DNA from: Caldilineaceae bacterium
GTDB lineage: Bacteria > Chloroflexota > Anaerolineae > Caldilineales > Caldilineaceae
Direction of reading: 5' to 3'
Assembly: GCA_965207495.1 (NCBI GenBank)
Contig: OZ242287.1
Span: 2,780,880-2,844,879, forward strand
DNA: 64,000 nt
The notes under the pieces were generated by a model. The model saw nothing but the letters and a program-made list of their open reading frames with translations. It ran no database searches and was not told where the DNA came from. Made by a program: the position numbers and the translations under genes. Shown here in pieces: positions 22,120 through 32,632 of this stretch (position 1 is the stretch's first letter; every line of letters starts with the position of its first letter).

Positions 22120-25100
22120 TCAGTTCCCGCTCACGCGCGCCGCCAAATCCTGGCTGTTGCGCTCGAATGCGGCCATCATTGCCTCCGCCCCTTTGAGACC
22201 CATGGCTTCTACTTCTGCGAGACATTGCTGCATGCGCTTGTAATCTCTCGGCAACACCTTCACAAATTTGTCTACGCAATTATCCCAGTCCGAAAGGATC
22301 CGTCCGGCCACTTCCGAGTTGGTGTAGGCATAGTGGCGCTGGACCATTTCTCGGACTTCGGCGATCTCATCCGGGTCATCAAGTTTCCCGATCTCAACCA
22401 TTTCCAGGTTCACGCGCCTGTCAAAATGGACGCCGTCCACCGGTTCTTCGTCCAGCACATAGGCAATTCCCCCGGACATGCCAGCCGCGAAATTCCGTCC
22501 GGTGCGCCCCAATACGACCACCCGTCCGCCTGTCATGTACTCGCAGCCATGGTCGCCTACACCCTCAATTACCGCGTGCATGCCCGAGTTACGGACACAG
22601 AAGCGCTCGCCGGCCATGCCGCGAACGTAGGCCTGACCGCTCGTCGCACCATAGAACGCCACGTTACCGATGATAATGTTGTCTTCGGCTTTGAAAGTTG
22701 AGCCGTAAGGCGGGTAGGCGATGATCTTTCCGCCCGAGAGCCCCTTACCGAAATAGTCGTTGCCGTCACCCTCGAGTTCCAACGTCATCCCTGTGGGTAT
22801 AAAGGCGCCGAAACTCTGACCAGCCGCGCCCCGGAAGTGCAGTTGGATTGTGTCCTCAGGCAGCCCGTCCGGTCCGAAGCGGCGAGTGATCTCACTGCCC
22901 GTAATGGTACCCACAACACGGTTCGTGTTGCGAATGGGGAGAGACTCCTTGACTCGCTCAAGTACGACCTCCCGCCCGTCGCCGCTCTCGGCTGCGTGGG
23001 CCTGCTGTACGTCCTCTATGCTATTCTCCAGCGCGGGCTTGCAGAGTTCGAGCAGAGTTGTATTGTCCAGTGCAATGTCAAGTCCGTGGTCCTGGTCTAT
23101 CTGGCAATAGCGCCCCCAGTCCTCCGGCACGTCGGGTCGATGCAAGATAGCGGTCAGGTCGATGCCCTGCGCCTTCCAATGGTCAATCGAATGTGGCGCT
23201 TCCAGGCAGTCGGTGCGACCAATCATCTCATTCACGGTCCGGAAACCAAGCTTCGCCATGTACTCCCGCAACTCCTGGGCGATAAAGTACATGAAATTGA
23301 CAACGTGCTGCGGGTCCCCCGTGTACATCTTTCGCAGTTCGGGATTCTGCGTTGCCACGCCTACCGGACAGGTGTCAAGGTGACAAACGCGCATCATGAT
23401 GCAGCCTAGCGCGACCAGGGGACTCGTGGCAAAGCCGAACTCCTCCGCGCCCAACAGAGTAGCAATCGCAAGGTCGCGACCCGTCTTGAGCTGACCATCG
23501 GTCTCGACAACCACGCGGCTACGCAGATTGTTTATCAGCAGCGTCTGGTGGGTCTCGGCCACGCCCAGCTCCCAGGGCAGCCCGGCATGCTTGATGCTCG
23601 TCTGCGGCGAAGCACCGGTTCCACCGTCATGGCCGCTGATCAGAATAACGTCGGCATGGCCCTTGGCGACGCCCGCGGCGACGGTGCCGACGCCAACCTC
23701 CGACACCAGCTTGACGTTGATCCGGGCGTGGTGGTTGGAGTTCTTGAGGTCGTGGATCAACTCGGCCAGGTCTTCGATCGAATAGATGTCATGGTGGGGT
23801 GGGGGAGAAATCAGTCCCACGCCCGGCGTCGAGTGCCGCACCTCCGCGATCCATGGGTAGACCTTCTTACCTGGCAGCTGACCACCTTCCCCCGGCTTGG
23901 CTCCCTGTGCCATCTTGATCTGCAGCTCTCTGGCATTGACAAGATAGTTGCTGGTTACGCCGAAGCGGGCAGATGCCACCTGCTTGATCGCGCTGTTCTT
24001 TGAGTCGCCGTTAGGCTCAAGCATGTAACGCGCCGGATCTTCGCCGCCTTCGCCCGTGTTGCTCCGCCCCCCGATACGGTTCATCGCGATCGCCAGGGTC
24101 TCATGCGCCTCTTTACTGATCGAACCATAGGACATGGCCCCAGTCTTGAAACGCTTGCAGATTGACTCGACTGGCTCAACCTCTTCGATAGGGATACTCT
24201 TGGCCCCTTCAAAGTCAAACTCCAGGAGGCCGCGCAGGTTGCACCACTCCTTGTTCATCTCATCGATGTCCTTCGTATAAGCCTTGAAGGAGCTGTAGTC
24301 GTTGTCGCGCGTGGCCTTCTGCAATAAGTGCACGGTACGGGGATTGAAAAGGTGCAGTTCCCCGTCTTTGCGCCATTGGTAATCACCGCCTGGCGAAAGC
24401 AGCTGGCCGCCGTGTCCATTGCCGTTAGCAGCAGTCGCCTCTGCATTCGCTGCAACAAGACCATGGCCGTTGGACTCGCTTTGAGCATAGAGGCGGACAG
24501 GATAGGCCCGATCGTGCCGTATCTTGATTTCGCTGAAGATCTCCTTGAGACCAATGCCTTCTACACGGCTGGATGTCCAGGTGAAATACTTGTCGACTAA
24601 TCTCTGGCTCAGGCCAAGCGCCTCAAATATCTGGGCCCCGCAGTAGCTCTGGATTGTCGAGATGCCCATCTTTGACAGCACCTTGGTGACACCCTTCATC
24701 GCCGCCTTGACGTAGTTGTACATCGCTGTATCGTGGTCAATGCCGACGAGGAGCCGGTTCTCGATCATCTGGTCCAGCGTCTCCAGGGCCAAATATGGGT
24801 TTACGGCTGTCGCGCCAAACCCAATCAGAAGAGCGAGATGATGCACTTCACGCGGCTCTCCTGATTCGACGATCAATGCGGTCTGGGTTCGGGTCTCATT
24901 TCGGATCAAATGGTGATGCAGCCCCGATGTTGCCAGCAAAGCTGGGATGGGGGCGATACCGGGCCCAACGCCGCGGTCAGAAAGGATCAGGATATTGACC
25001 CCTTCCTCTATGGCCTCCGTCGCGGCCTGGAACAGGTCTTCGAGCGCCTGTTCCAGCGCTTCTCGTCCGCCGTTCACGTCGAAAAGAATTGGAAGAGTCG

Positions 25101-26940
25101 TCGCGCGGAAACCCTCTGCGTCGCTGCTCTCAATGTGCCGAATCTTGGCCAGTTCCTGGTTGGTGATGATGGGCTGTTTCAGCTTGAGTTGGCGGCAGTT
25201 CTCTGGCTTGGTCTCAAGCAGGTTTAGCTCCGTGCCCATCATCACCTCGGTAGCGGTGATCAACTCCTCACGGATGGCATCGATGGGCGGGTTGGTCACC
25301 TGGGCAAAGAGTTGCTTGAAATAGTTGTAGAGCAGCTGCGAGTGGTTGGACAGAGCCGCGGCCGGCGTATCGTTACCCATCGCGCCCAGCGCCTCTACCC
25401 CGTCAGTCGCCATTGGCGCCAAAAGAATGCGCAACTGCTCAAATGTGTAACCGAATATCTGCTGCCGTGCGAGCATCGTACTGTGGTCAACGCCCGGCAC
25501 CTCCGCCTCCGGCTCTGGAATCTCGTCCAGTCTGACCAAGTGTTCGTCGAGCCACTCCCGGTAAGGGTGGGCTGAAGCCATCGTCTCTTTCAGCTCTTCG
25601 TCAGAGATGATTCGACCCTCGGACGTGTCGACCAGAAACATGCGGCCCGGCTCAAGGCGCGACTTCTTAAGTATGCGGTCCGGCTCCATCGGCAGTACGC
25701 CAACTTCCGACGCCATAACCACCATGTCGTCTTTGGTCACGCAGTACCGCGAGGGGCGCAGCCCGTTTCGGTCCAGCACAGCGCCCACAATCGTACCGTC
25801 GGTAAAGACCATCGATGCGGGCCCGTCCCACGGCTCCATCATCGTGCTGTGGTACTCGTAGAACGCCTTCTTGGCGTCGCTCATCGTCTCATGCTGCGAC
25901 CACGGCTCCGGGATCATCATCATCATCGCGTGCGGCAGAGTGCGCCCGGAAAGATAGAGGAATTCCAGCGTCTCGTCGAATTTTGCCGAATCGCTGCCGT
26001 CGTCATGGATGATTGGCAGAATCTTCTTAATGTCGTCGCCAAACAATTCACTCTCGAAATGCGATTGGCGGGCGTACATCCAGTTTTCGTTGCCGCGCAA
26101 AGTGTTGATCTCACCATTGTGGATCATGTACCGATAAGGATGCGCGCGCTCCCAACTGGGGAAGGTATTGGTGCTGAAGCGGGAGTGAATAACGACCAGA
26201 GCCGATTCCATATCCTCGTCCAAAAGGTCAAGATAGAATCCCTTGACCTGGGGCGCCATCAACATGCCCTTATAGACGATAGTGCGCGACGAGAGGCTGG
26301 CAACGTAGAAGGCGTCGCCCTCCCGAAGCTGGGAATAGCGGATCCGGTTTTCGGCCTGCTTTCGGATCACATACAGCTTGCGTTCAAAGGAAAGGTCGTC
26401 GTCTCCGGTCAGCCGGTTAGGGTTTCGCCCGATAAAGACCTGGCGTACGACCGGTTCGCCGATACGGGCGGTGTGGCCCAGATCATCATTGGCTGTCGGA
26501 ACTGTGCGCCAGCCAAGCACGGTCTGCCCTTCCGAGCGGATTATCCTTTCAAACTGCTGCTCACACAGAAAGCGGTATTCCCGTCTCGGGGGAAGAAATA
26601 TCATCCCGACAGCGTACTCCCCCTCAGGAGGCAATTCAATCCCCTCCTTTGCCGCGACTTTACGCATGAATTTGTCAGGCATTTGCATCAGCACGCCGGC
26701 CCCGTCGCCAGTGTTCGGCTCGCATCCGCACGCGCCCCGATGCGCAAGGTTATGTAGAACCTCCAGGCCTTGTGTGACGATGGCGTTTGACTTCTCGCCC
26801 TTTATGTTGACAACAAATCCAACACCGCAAGCGTCATGCTCATACCTCGGATCGTACAGGCCTTGCTTGGCCGGCAGACCGGGCTGCGAGTGGGGAGTGG
26901 GCTTGTGACAACAGGAAGGGTTAAGTTTCATTTCCGACAT
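22120..26940 (-). CDS. gltB: glutamate synthase large subunit
   Basis: ORF 22120..27018. ATG at 26940 preferred (AGGAGA upstream). ..[11 protein letters not shown] Ntn-amidotransferase Cys, central and FMN domains, and a C-terminal GXGXG beta-helix region. About 1606 aa. Confidence 0.95.
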   Translation of the reverse strand: MSEMKLNPSCCHKPTPHSQPGLPAKQGLYDPRYEHDACGVGFVVNIKGEKSNAIVTQGLEVLHNLAHRGACGCEPNTGDGAGVLMQMPDKFMRKVAAKEGIELPPEGEYAVGMIFLPPRREYRFLCEQQFERIIRSEGQTVLGWRTVPTANDDLGHTARIGEPVVRQVFIGRNPNRLTGDDDLSFERKLYVIRKQAENRIRYSQLREGDAFYVASLSSRTIVYKGMLMAPQVKGFYLDLLDEDMESALVVIHSRFSTNTFPSWERAHPYRYMIHNGEINTLRGNENWMYARQSHFESELFGDDIKKILPIIHDDGSDSAKFDETLEFLYLSGRTLPHAMMMMIPEPWSQHETMSDAKKAFYEYHSTMMEPWDGPASMVFTDGTIVGAVLDRNGLRPSRYCVTKDDMVVMASEVGVLPMEPDRILKKSRLEPGRMFLVDTSEGRIISDEELKETMASAHPYREWLDEHLVRLDEIPEPEAEVPGVDHSTMLARQQIFGYTFEQLRILLAPMATDGVEALGAMGNDTPAAALSNHSQLLYNYFKQLFAQVTNPPIDAIREELITATEVMMGTELNLLETKPENCRQLKLKQPIITNQELAKIRHIESSDAEGFRATTLPILFDVNGGREALEQALEDLFQAATEAIEEGVNILILSDRGVGPGIAPIPALLATSGLHHHLIRNETRTQTALIVESGEPREVHHLALLIGFGATAVNPYLALETLDQMIENRLLVGIDHDTAMYNYVKAAMKGVTKVLSKMGISTIQSYCGAQIFEALGLSQRLVDKYFTWTSSRVEGIGLKEIFSEIKIRHDRAYPVRLYAQSESNGHGLVAANAEATAANGNGHGGQLLSPGGDYQWRKDGELHLFNPRTVHLLQKATRDNDYSSFKAYTKDIDEMNKEWCNLRGLLEFDFEGAKSIPIEEVEPVESICKRFKTGAMSYGSISKEAHETLAIAMNRIGGRSNTGEGGEDPARYMLEPNGDSKNSAIKQVASARFGVTSNYLVNARELQIKMAQGAKPGEGGQLPGKKVYPWIAEVRHSTPGVGLISPPPHHDIYSIEDLAELIHDLKNSNHHARINVKLVSEVGVGTVAAGVAKGHADVILISGHDGGTGASPQTSIKHAGLPWELGVAETHQTLLINNLRSRVVVETDGQLKTGRDLAIATLLGAEEFGFATSPLVALGCIMMRVCHLDTCPVGVATQNPELRKMYTGDPQHVVNFMYFIAQELREYMAKLGFRTVNEMIGRTDCLEAPHSIDHWKAQGIDLTAILHRPDVPEDWGRYCQIDQDHGLDIALDNTTLLELCKPALENSIEDVQQAHAAESGDGREVVLERVKESLPIRNTNRVVGTITGSEITRRFGPDGLPEDTIQLHFRGAAGQSFGAFIPTGMTLELEGDGNDYFGKGLSGGKIIAYPPYGSTFKAEDNIIIGNVAFYGATSGQAYVRGMAGERFCVRNSGMHAVIEGVGDHGCEYMTGGRVVVLGRTGRNFAAGMSGGIAYVLDEEPVDGVHFDRRVNLEMVEIGKLDDPDEIAEVREMVQRHYAYTNSEVAGRILSDWDNCVDKFVKVLPRDYKRMQQCLAEVEAMGLKGAEAMMAAFERNSQDLAARVSGN

Positions 26941-27159
26941 AACGTCATCTCCTAGATAGAGCCTTACCTTTCGCGTCGGGCGCTCAGGGCATACGGTTAT
27001 ACGAAACCGACTCTGCATCTGAGCGGTTGATGCGAAGGTAGAGCGTGTGCCAAGACCCGATGACGTCGTTGTCGAATCGCGAAAACCTTGCCAACAGGAG
27101 TATTCTAGAGGGCTAACCCCCTAACATTTCGCATAACTTACACGAGATTTATCAGTACG

Positions 27160-27489
27160 TCAACTTTCCGGCCCTTCTGCGGTAAAGCGGTAACCATTGC
27201 CGTACAGGATTACTTCGACACCACCATCTACGACCAGAGGATGGCTGAATTTTACGCCAAGGACCCCATCATAACCCCGATCTGACGCCTTCTGCTCCAA
27301 ATCGGCCAGGCCCTGCTCGATAGCTTTCTCGATCAGTGCTTCGTAGTGGGTCATGCGCCCGCCAACGAGATTGCGAATGTTCTCCCTGACATCTCTTACG
27401 ATATTGGCGGCGTATACAACGACTACGAAGATGAGTTCGCCGACTTCGACATCGGAGCGGTGGGGTTGATCGAGGGCGATCAGTTTCAT
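27160..27489 (-). CDS. YbjQ / UPF0145 (DUF74) family protein
   Basis: ORF 27160..27564. ATG at 27489 (MKLIALDQ..) overlaps the upstream stop as ATGA. ..ANIVRDVRENIRNLVGGRMTHYEALIEKAIEQGLADLEQKA..GYDGVLGVKF matches the YbjQ pattern (ANxxRDxxxxIRxxxGGR..Y). Confidence 0.75.
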   Translation of the reverse strand: MKLIALDQPHRSDVEVGELIFVVVVYAANIVRDVRENIRNLVGGRMTHYEALIEKAIEQGLADLEQKASDRGYDGVLGVKFSHPLVVDGGVEVILYGNGYRFTAEGPES

Positions 27490-29417
27490 TTTCGTTCCCT
27501 GTCTGCCTCGCGGTGATCTGGGACATTGACGGTTACGTTCACCTCCGTGCGGCGACGACCCCAAGCGATTTTCAGAATGAGAAACAGCAGTAGCAATCCA
27601 CCTAGAATGGGGAGCAAGTTGCGCGGATTGCTAATGGTACTTCCATTCTTTACCCAGAACAGCAGCCAGGAGACATCGCCGGAAAGCACGGGGCCCAAGT
27701 CCTCCAAGGCTTGGATAACTCTGCCTGGCCACTGCTCCCTATTCATTCCTTCTGAGAGAAAGCGAAGTGCTGCCTGCAGGTTCTGACTTTGAAGTACCGC
27801 ATTCTGAACAGGTTCGCTTTCGAGCAAAGAAATCAGTGCCGGATTGTTCAGAACGAAACTCGCCAGAAATTCTGCATCCTGAGGCGACAGTGCCGTCAAA
27901 TACCTAGTGGCGATTAGAGAAAGTTGATCTGTGTTCAAATCGCCGAGGAGCAAGGATCGAGCAGATTCCAATGTAAGGGCCAGTAGTGCCTCTCTCTCCT
28001 CCGAGTTCAGTGACATCGACTTACGAATGGCTGTCTCGTCTTCTAGCCTCAAGACGTTTTCCAATGCATCGCGGTCAGCGAATTCAGCTGCTTCACTCAC
28101 GAGATACAATTGGTGCTGGACCACTTTGAGAATGAGGTCGCTAGCAAGTTCGGCCCAACTGATGAGTGTTTCCGATCTTCCCGAATGCCGAAAAATCTCC
28201 AATGCTTCTTCAGGAAGAGTTTGCATGAACTCGAACTGCCCTGAATTGAGCAGATCCTCCAGCCTGTCCGGCTCATACTCTTCCACCAATGCAACCAGTT
28301 CTGAAAGCTTGGCAAGCTGATCTACCTCGGTAAAGTCCAGAATCTGCTTGAAGCGTGGATTCGTCTCGGACAATTCGAGGACCCGTGCAAACTTCCGGCG
28401 GAATTCCTGCCACTGGCTGAAAGCACTATCTGCAACATTTCTCGCCAGAGTAGGCAATTCCAGTCGCAGCCCTTCACTCACAGCCTCAGCCATCCATTCT
28501 TGCATTTCAGTCTTGACGGCGTCTTCTTGGAATGAGTCTTGGATGAAAGGCAGCGCACCATCTCTGGAGTTGAACAGGTCAATGACGACAAGAGCGCCTC
28601 CGACAATCCAACCAACAAAAGGGATGCCCACGGCTGCAACTCTGACTAGGATACGTGACAGGATTCGGCCAATGATATTCTTCGTAAAGACGCTGGCCAG
28701 CCTCTTGGCTAACTCGACCCCAATTGTTGAACCGATAACCACTGCGACGCCACCCGCGAGGTTCGAATGAATCTCGAGGATGTCAAGGAAGCTCTGATCT
28801 GTATCCGGATCGAGCTTCAACAGTTCCAATTCTGCCTCTATCTGCCGGTCCAACTCTGCTGTTAACGTTTTTGAGAACCGTCCACCGATGAATTCCTGCA
28901 CGCAGATCAGTGCCGAAGACGCCGACTTAGCCGTCACCAATCGAATTTCTTCAACGATGTCGTCTGCGACGACAGTCGAAAGTTCGTCGAATCGACTCGC
29001 GAATCCATCGGAGCCAAAAGCTTCCTCAGCCACCTTCGTAGCCAACTCTTCGGCTTTGGATGGCGACCACGCCGACCAGATCAGTTCCCAGAAACCTGTA
29101 TCACTGCCTACCAATTCGATTGCGTCACTTACGGCGTTGTCTACTCTCGAGTCCATTCCCATGTCTCGCCAGTGGCGTTTTATAATCTCAGCCACATCGA
29201 GACTACTTTGCTCATCCGCCACCACCGTCTGGGTGATCCGGTTCAATTCGTCGCGCAGACTGGCTTCGTCAACCTGGTCACATTCTTCAAATGTGTAGGA
29301 AATGGGAGCGGTACTTTGAGCCCTTGCCACACTTGGGGGCGACAACGACATAAGCAGCAGCGAGATGAAAAAAGAGACCATCAGACTGTAGATCTGCTTC
29401 TGGCTTGGCTTCTGCAC
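27486..29417 (-). CDS. modular membrane protein, small paralog (one copy of a ~196-aa helical module); family not recognised
   Basis: 643-aa ORF. GTG at 29417 overlaps the TAG of the upstream gene (TAGTG); ATG alternative at 29381. Signal-peptide-like N-terminus (..FFISLLLMSLSPPSVARAQ), a Cys-pair domain, a Gly-rich hydrophobic hairpin, a helical module, and a C-terminal TM (LLPILGGLLLLFLILKIAW) followed by GRRR. Confidence 0.7.
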   Translation of the reverse strand: MQKPSQKQIYSLMVSFFISLLLMSLSPPSVARAQSTAPISYTFEECDQVDEASLRDELNRITQTVVADEQSSLDVAEIIKRHWRDMGMDSRVDNAVSDAIELVGSDTGFWELIWSAWSPSKAEELATKVAEEAFGSDGFASRFDELSTVVADDIVEEIRLVTAKSASSALICVQEFIGGRFSKTLTAELDRQIEAELELLKLDPDTDQSFLDILEIHSNLAGGVAVVIGSTIGVELAKRLASVFTKNIIGRILSRILVRVAAVGIPFVGWIVGGALVVIDLFNSRDGALPFIQDSFQEDAVKTEMQEWMAEAVSEGLRLELPTLARNVADSAFSQWQEFRRKFARVLELSETNPRFKQILDFTEVDQLAKLSELVALVEEYEPDRLEDLLNSGQFEFMQTLPEEALEIFRHSGRSETLISWAELASDLILKVVQHQLYLVSEAAEFADRDALENVLRLEDETAIRKSMSLNSEEREALLALTLESARSLLLGDLNTDQLSLIATRYLTALSPQDAEFLASFVLNNPALISLLESEPVQNAVLQSQNLQAALRFLSEGMNREQWPGRVIQALEDLGPVLSGDVSWLLFWVKNGSTISNPRNLLPILGGLLLLFLILKIAWGRRRTEVNVTVNVPDHREADRERK

Positions 29418-32400
29418 TATGCTTGACCTCCCAAGAGTCGACTTATAGTGTCACGAATCTTCGGCAGGCCCTGGCGGCGGCCGAGCCAGACGACTGAAAG
29501 CGCTAGAGCTACCAGCAGAAGGAGCGCTCCTAAGAGAATGATTGATTGTACCTGATGGTAGTGCCAGTATAGTTGCCAGGGTTGGTTGCCCGAGGAGACG
29601 TCAATCGCGCCTGATAGCATAAGAGCTGTGGGCCACCAGGCTTGAGGCTTCTCGACTCTTTCAGAGACGAAAGCCAAGGCTGGCTCGAAGTTCTGCGAAT
29701 TCGCCACAGTCTGCCCAACACTCTCTTTGTCAAGCTCAGCCAACATAGTCGGTTTCTGGTCAATAGACTGTGCCACCAGAACAATGTTCTGTTCCGTCAG
29801 GTCAATACTATACTCGTGGAGCCACATTATTTCGGGGTCTGCTTCCAAAGAAAATATAGATTCCCTCGTTTCCGCTTCCAGCTGGACTAGCCATGTCAAT
29901 GTGTCCGAACCAACAAGAGCCAAAGCCTTGTCAAGTTCCTCTCGATTCCTGAAGTGATCGGGGTCCGCTTCCTTATACAGCTCTGTCTCGGCGACCTTAT
30001 CAATGGCGTCCCCGGCCAACTGCGCCCACTCGAGTGTCACTGCTGGATTCCCGCTCCAGCTAAGGATTAGAAATGCAGACTGAGGTGAGGCGAGTAACTT
30101 CTCGAACTGCCCAGACTCGTAGAATCCTGGCAGCAAATCGGGCGCAAGGGTATCCTCCGCAGTGACGACTAGGTCCGAGAGCTTCTCTATGTCATTCACA
30201 TCAGCAGTTTCCAAGGTAATTCTCAAACGCCGAAATTCGGTAGCAAGTTCTAGCACACGTCTGAACTCTTCCTCCAGTTCCTCAGAAGCTCGCAGAACGG
30301 TTACCAGCTCCGGCCTCTGTGTTATTCTTATTGCGAATAGTTGCCGGGCCTTAGTTGAAAGTCGCGAAAGATAGGACGCGAACCAGGACAGTTCATCTTC
30401 GGACAAATCAGATAACAGGGCGCCTCTTGCCTCTTCCGCCGATAGATGAAGCACGGTTTCTCTTTCTTCCGGCTCCATGGCCATGAGTCTCTGGATCGCA
30501 AGATCGTGTTCAAGGGCAAGCACGCGTTCCAACACCTCCCTTCCAGTGTATTCTGCCGGAAGCGAAACGAGGTAAAGCCCCTTCTCCACTACTTGCACGA
30601 TAGAGTCGCCAGCCAATTCGGCCCAGGCGAGGACGACTGGCGGACTACCAGTTTCGCGAAGGATTTCATTGGCCTCCTGAGGAAGAGCAAGGATCTCCTT
30701 GAACTGGCCCGATTCAATCATGTCCGCTAACTGCTCCGCATCCAAAACCTCGGTGGCCACCTTAACCAGCAATGACAGTTCCGCCACTTGGTCAGCCGGT
30801 GTCTCGACTAGAATCGAATTGATTTCACTGAATTCACCAGCTAGGTTGAGAACTGCGGCAAACTGAGACTTCAGGTCCTCAGTCTCCTGTAAGAGGGAGA
30901 TCAGGCCACGATCCCGAATTAAGAACGCCACCAGCAGGACTCGAGAGGACAAAGGCAGATCCAAGAGATAAGAGATCACCCAGTCAGTCTGTGAACTGGA
31001 CAGCTCTGAAAGTATCCACTTGGTCTGCGCAGTAGGCAATCCCAGCAACGCCTCTCGTTCTTCCACTCCTTTCTGCATCAGGTCCTGGATCAACAAGGTG
31101 TCTTCCAGAGCAAGGATCTTCTCCAGAGTCTCATGACTCCCAACCATTTCGGGCGATGTGTACTTATATAGTTCCGTCTCGACCACACTGACAATTCTCA
31201 CGTCGGCAACTTGGGCCCACCTCAGGACCAAGCCCGGATCAGAGGTGTCACGAAGTATTTTGAATGACGCTCTAGGCAGATCAAAGATAAGCTTGAAATC
31301 ACCCGATCCAATGAGTCTGTTCAACCATTCTATGCCTAGTACATCGACCGTCACCTCAACCAATTCGGACAGCTTGTCAACCTGGTCGGGCGTAACATCT
31401 TCCAGTATGAGACGAAAGTCTTCATTATTTTCGGCCAGCCTTAGGACGTGCTCGAAGTCCTGAAGGAAACTCCGCCATCGTCTGTAGATTTCGATCGTGA
31501 CTGATTGGGAGATCCCTGGCATTGAGTTGGTTAATTCCTGATCCACGACAGACACGATTTCACTGCGGATGGTCTGCTTCACATCTTCAGACTTGAGGTC
31601 ATCCTGAATCTGAGGCAATGAACCATTCCAAGCCTGATATACGTCGTAAATTATCAGGGCCCCACCGATTACCCAGCCTGCAACTGGGACGGCAGCGGTG
31701 GCCGCCCTACCAAGAATACGCGTGACGACTTTACCAAGAATTCCTTGGGCGACCCTTCTGGCAATAACATTAGCAATTTGTGTGCCCACGATTGCGCCAA
31801 TGCCGACAAATGACAATGTCCGGTCTCCCAAATCGACAAAGTCAGTCTCTCCTTCAATGTTTCCTAATTCAAGACTTTCCAACCAGGCTTTCGTACTATC
31901 CTCCAAGACTTCCGACATGACATCAGAAAACTTGGCGCCGATGAATTCCTGTACACATAAGAATGCAGAAGAAGCAGACTTCACTGTCATCAAATGAATC
32001 TCGACGGTCAAGTCTTCGACGATTGCCGAGGACAGACTGTCGATGGCTGTGCGAAATTCTGGAGTGTCGAAAGCCTGATTGGCGATTGCCTCCGCAAACT
32101 CTGCCGCCTTTTCTTCCGACCATCCGGAAAATATCCGATCTAGTGTACCTCTTTCGTCTCGAACCCGTTGTGTAGCTTCGTCGACAGCCTTGTCCACCAC
32201 GCCGTCCAGGTCAAGTTCAGTCCAATTCTCTGCGACGATCCCGGCCAAGTCCAGCCCACTCCTGTCTCGTTCCAATACCGAACTAGTGATACGATTGAGG
32301 TCGCTTAATAGGAGTGCTTCTTCGACTTCCTCGCACTCGGAAATCGTAAACGTAGGCGAGGCATCCTGTGCCTTTGCGGTTGCAGGCGGCAGAATTGTAC

Positions 32401-32503
32401 CGAGTAGGAAAAGCGCGAGGAAAACTCTGCAAAACGGCTGATACCATTGCTCAGCCTTTCTGCAGAATCTGGTGGCCCGGGGCTCTTGGTCTGGAGTCGC
32501 CAT
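29417..32503 (-). CDS. modular membrane protein, large paralog (three tandem ~196-aa helical modules); family not recognised
   Basis: 1028-aa ORF. N-terminal ~340 aa are collinear with the 643-aa neighbour. Modules at about aa 345-540, 541-737 and 738-930 (nt ~29714-31471). C-terminal TM (IILLGALLLLVALALSVVWL) followed by GRRQ. Confidence 0.7.
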   Translation of the reverse strand: MATPDQEPRATRFCRKAEQWYQPFCRVFLALFLLGTILPPATAKAQDASPTFTISECEEVEEALLLSDLNRITSSVLERDRSGLDLAGIVAENWTELDLDGVVDKAVDEATQRVRDERGTLDRIFSGWSEEKAAEFAEAIANQAFDTPEFRTAIDSLSSAIVEDLTVEIHLMTVKSASSAFLCVQEFIGAKFSDVMSEVLEDSTKAWLESLELGNIEGETDFVDLGDRTLSFVGIGAIVGTQIANVIARRVAQGILGKVVTRILGRAATAAVPVAGWVIGGALIIYDVYQAWNGSLPQIQDDLKSEDVKQTIRSEIVSVVDQELTNSMPGISQSVTIEIYRRWRSFLQDFEHVLRLAENNEDFRLILEDVTPDQVDKLSELVEVTVDVLGIEWLNRLIGSGDFKLIFDLPRASFKILRDTSDPGLVLRWAQVADVRIVSVVETELYKYTSPEMVGSHETLEKILALEDTLLIQDLMQKGVEEREALLGLPTAQTKWILSELSSSQTDWVISYLLDLPLSSRVLLVAFLIRDRGLISLLQETEDLKSQFAAVLNLAGEFSEINSILVETPADQVAELSLLVKVATEVLDAEQLADMIESGQFKEILALPQEANEILRETGSPPVVLAWAELAGDSIVQVVEKGLYLVSLPAEYTGREVLERVLALEHDLAIQRLMAMEPEERETVLHLSAEEARGALLSDLSEDELSWFASYLSRLSTKARQLFAIRITQRPELVTVLRASEELEEEFRRVLELATEFRRLRITLETADVNDIEKLSDLVVTAEDTLAPDLLPGFYESGQFEKLLASPQSAFLILSWSGNPAVTLEWAQLAGDAIDKVAETELYKEADPDHFRNREELDKALALVGSDTLTWLVQLEAETRESIFSLEADPEIMWLHEYSIDLTEQNIVLVAQSIDQKPTMLAELDKESVGQTVANSQNFEPALAFVSERVEKPQAWWPTALMLSGAIDVSSGNQPWQLYWHYHQVQSIILLGALLLLVALALSVVWLGRRQGLPKIRDTISRLLGGQA

Positions 32504-32561
32504 GAAATCAACACCGCTGAATAGTAAAGCAGTTGAGAACTGAATGGTCGTTTCTTTTCAG

Positions 32562-32604
32562 TTCCAGGAAACAAAAAAAGGGGCGGCGATTCGGTTTCTC
32601 CCGT
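32562..32604 (-). terminator. intrinsic terminator downstream of leuA
   Basis: Minus strand: GGGGCGGCGAT-(14 nt)-ATCGCCGCCCC (11-bp perfect stem) followed by TTTTTTT, 29 nt after the leuA stop. Confidence 0.85.
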
Positions 32605-32632
32605 ATCGCCGCCCCTTTGCTCGATACCTTAA

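Noticed and set aside
27160-32503. Genomic island or prophage fragment interpretation of the lower-GC block
   Set aside because: There is no integrase, transposase, tRNA, direct-repeat att sites or phage-like genes. Only the compositional shift supports foreign origin, so it is reported as an operon of unknown function rather than a mobile element.
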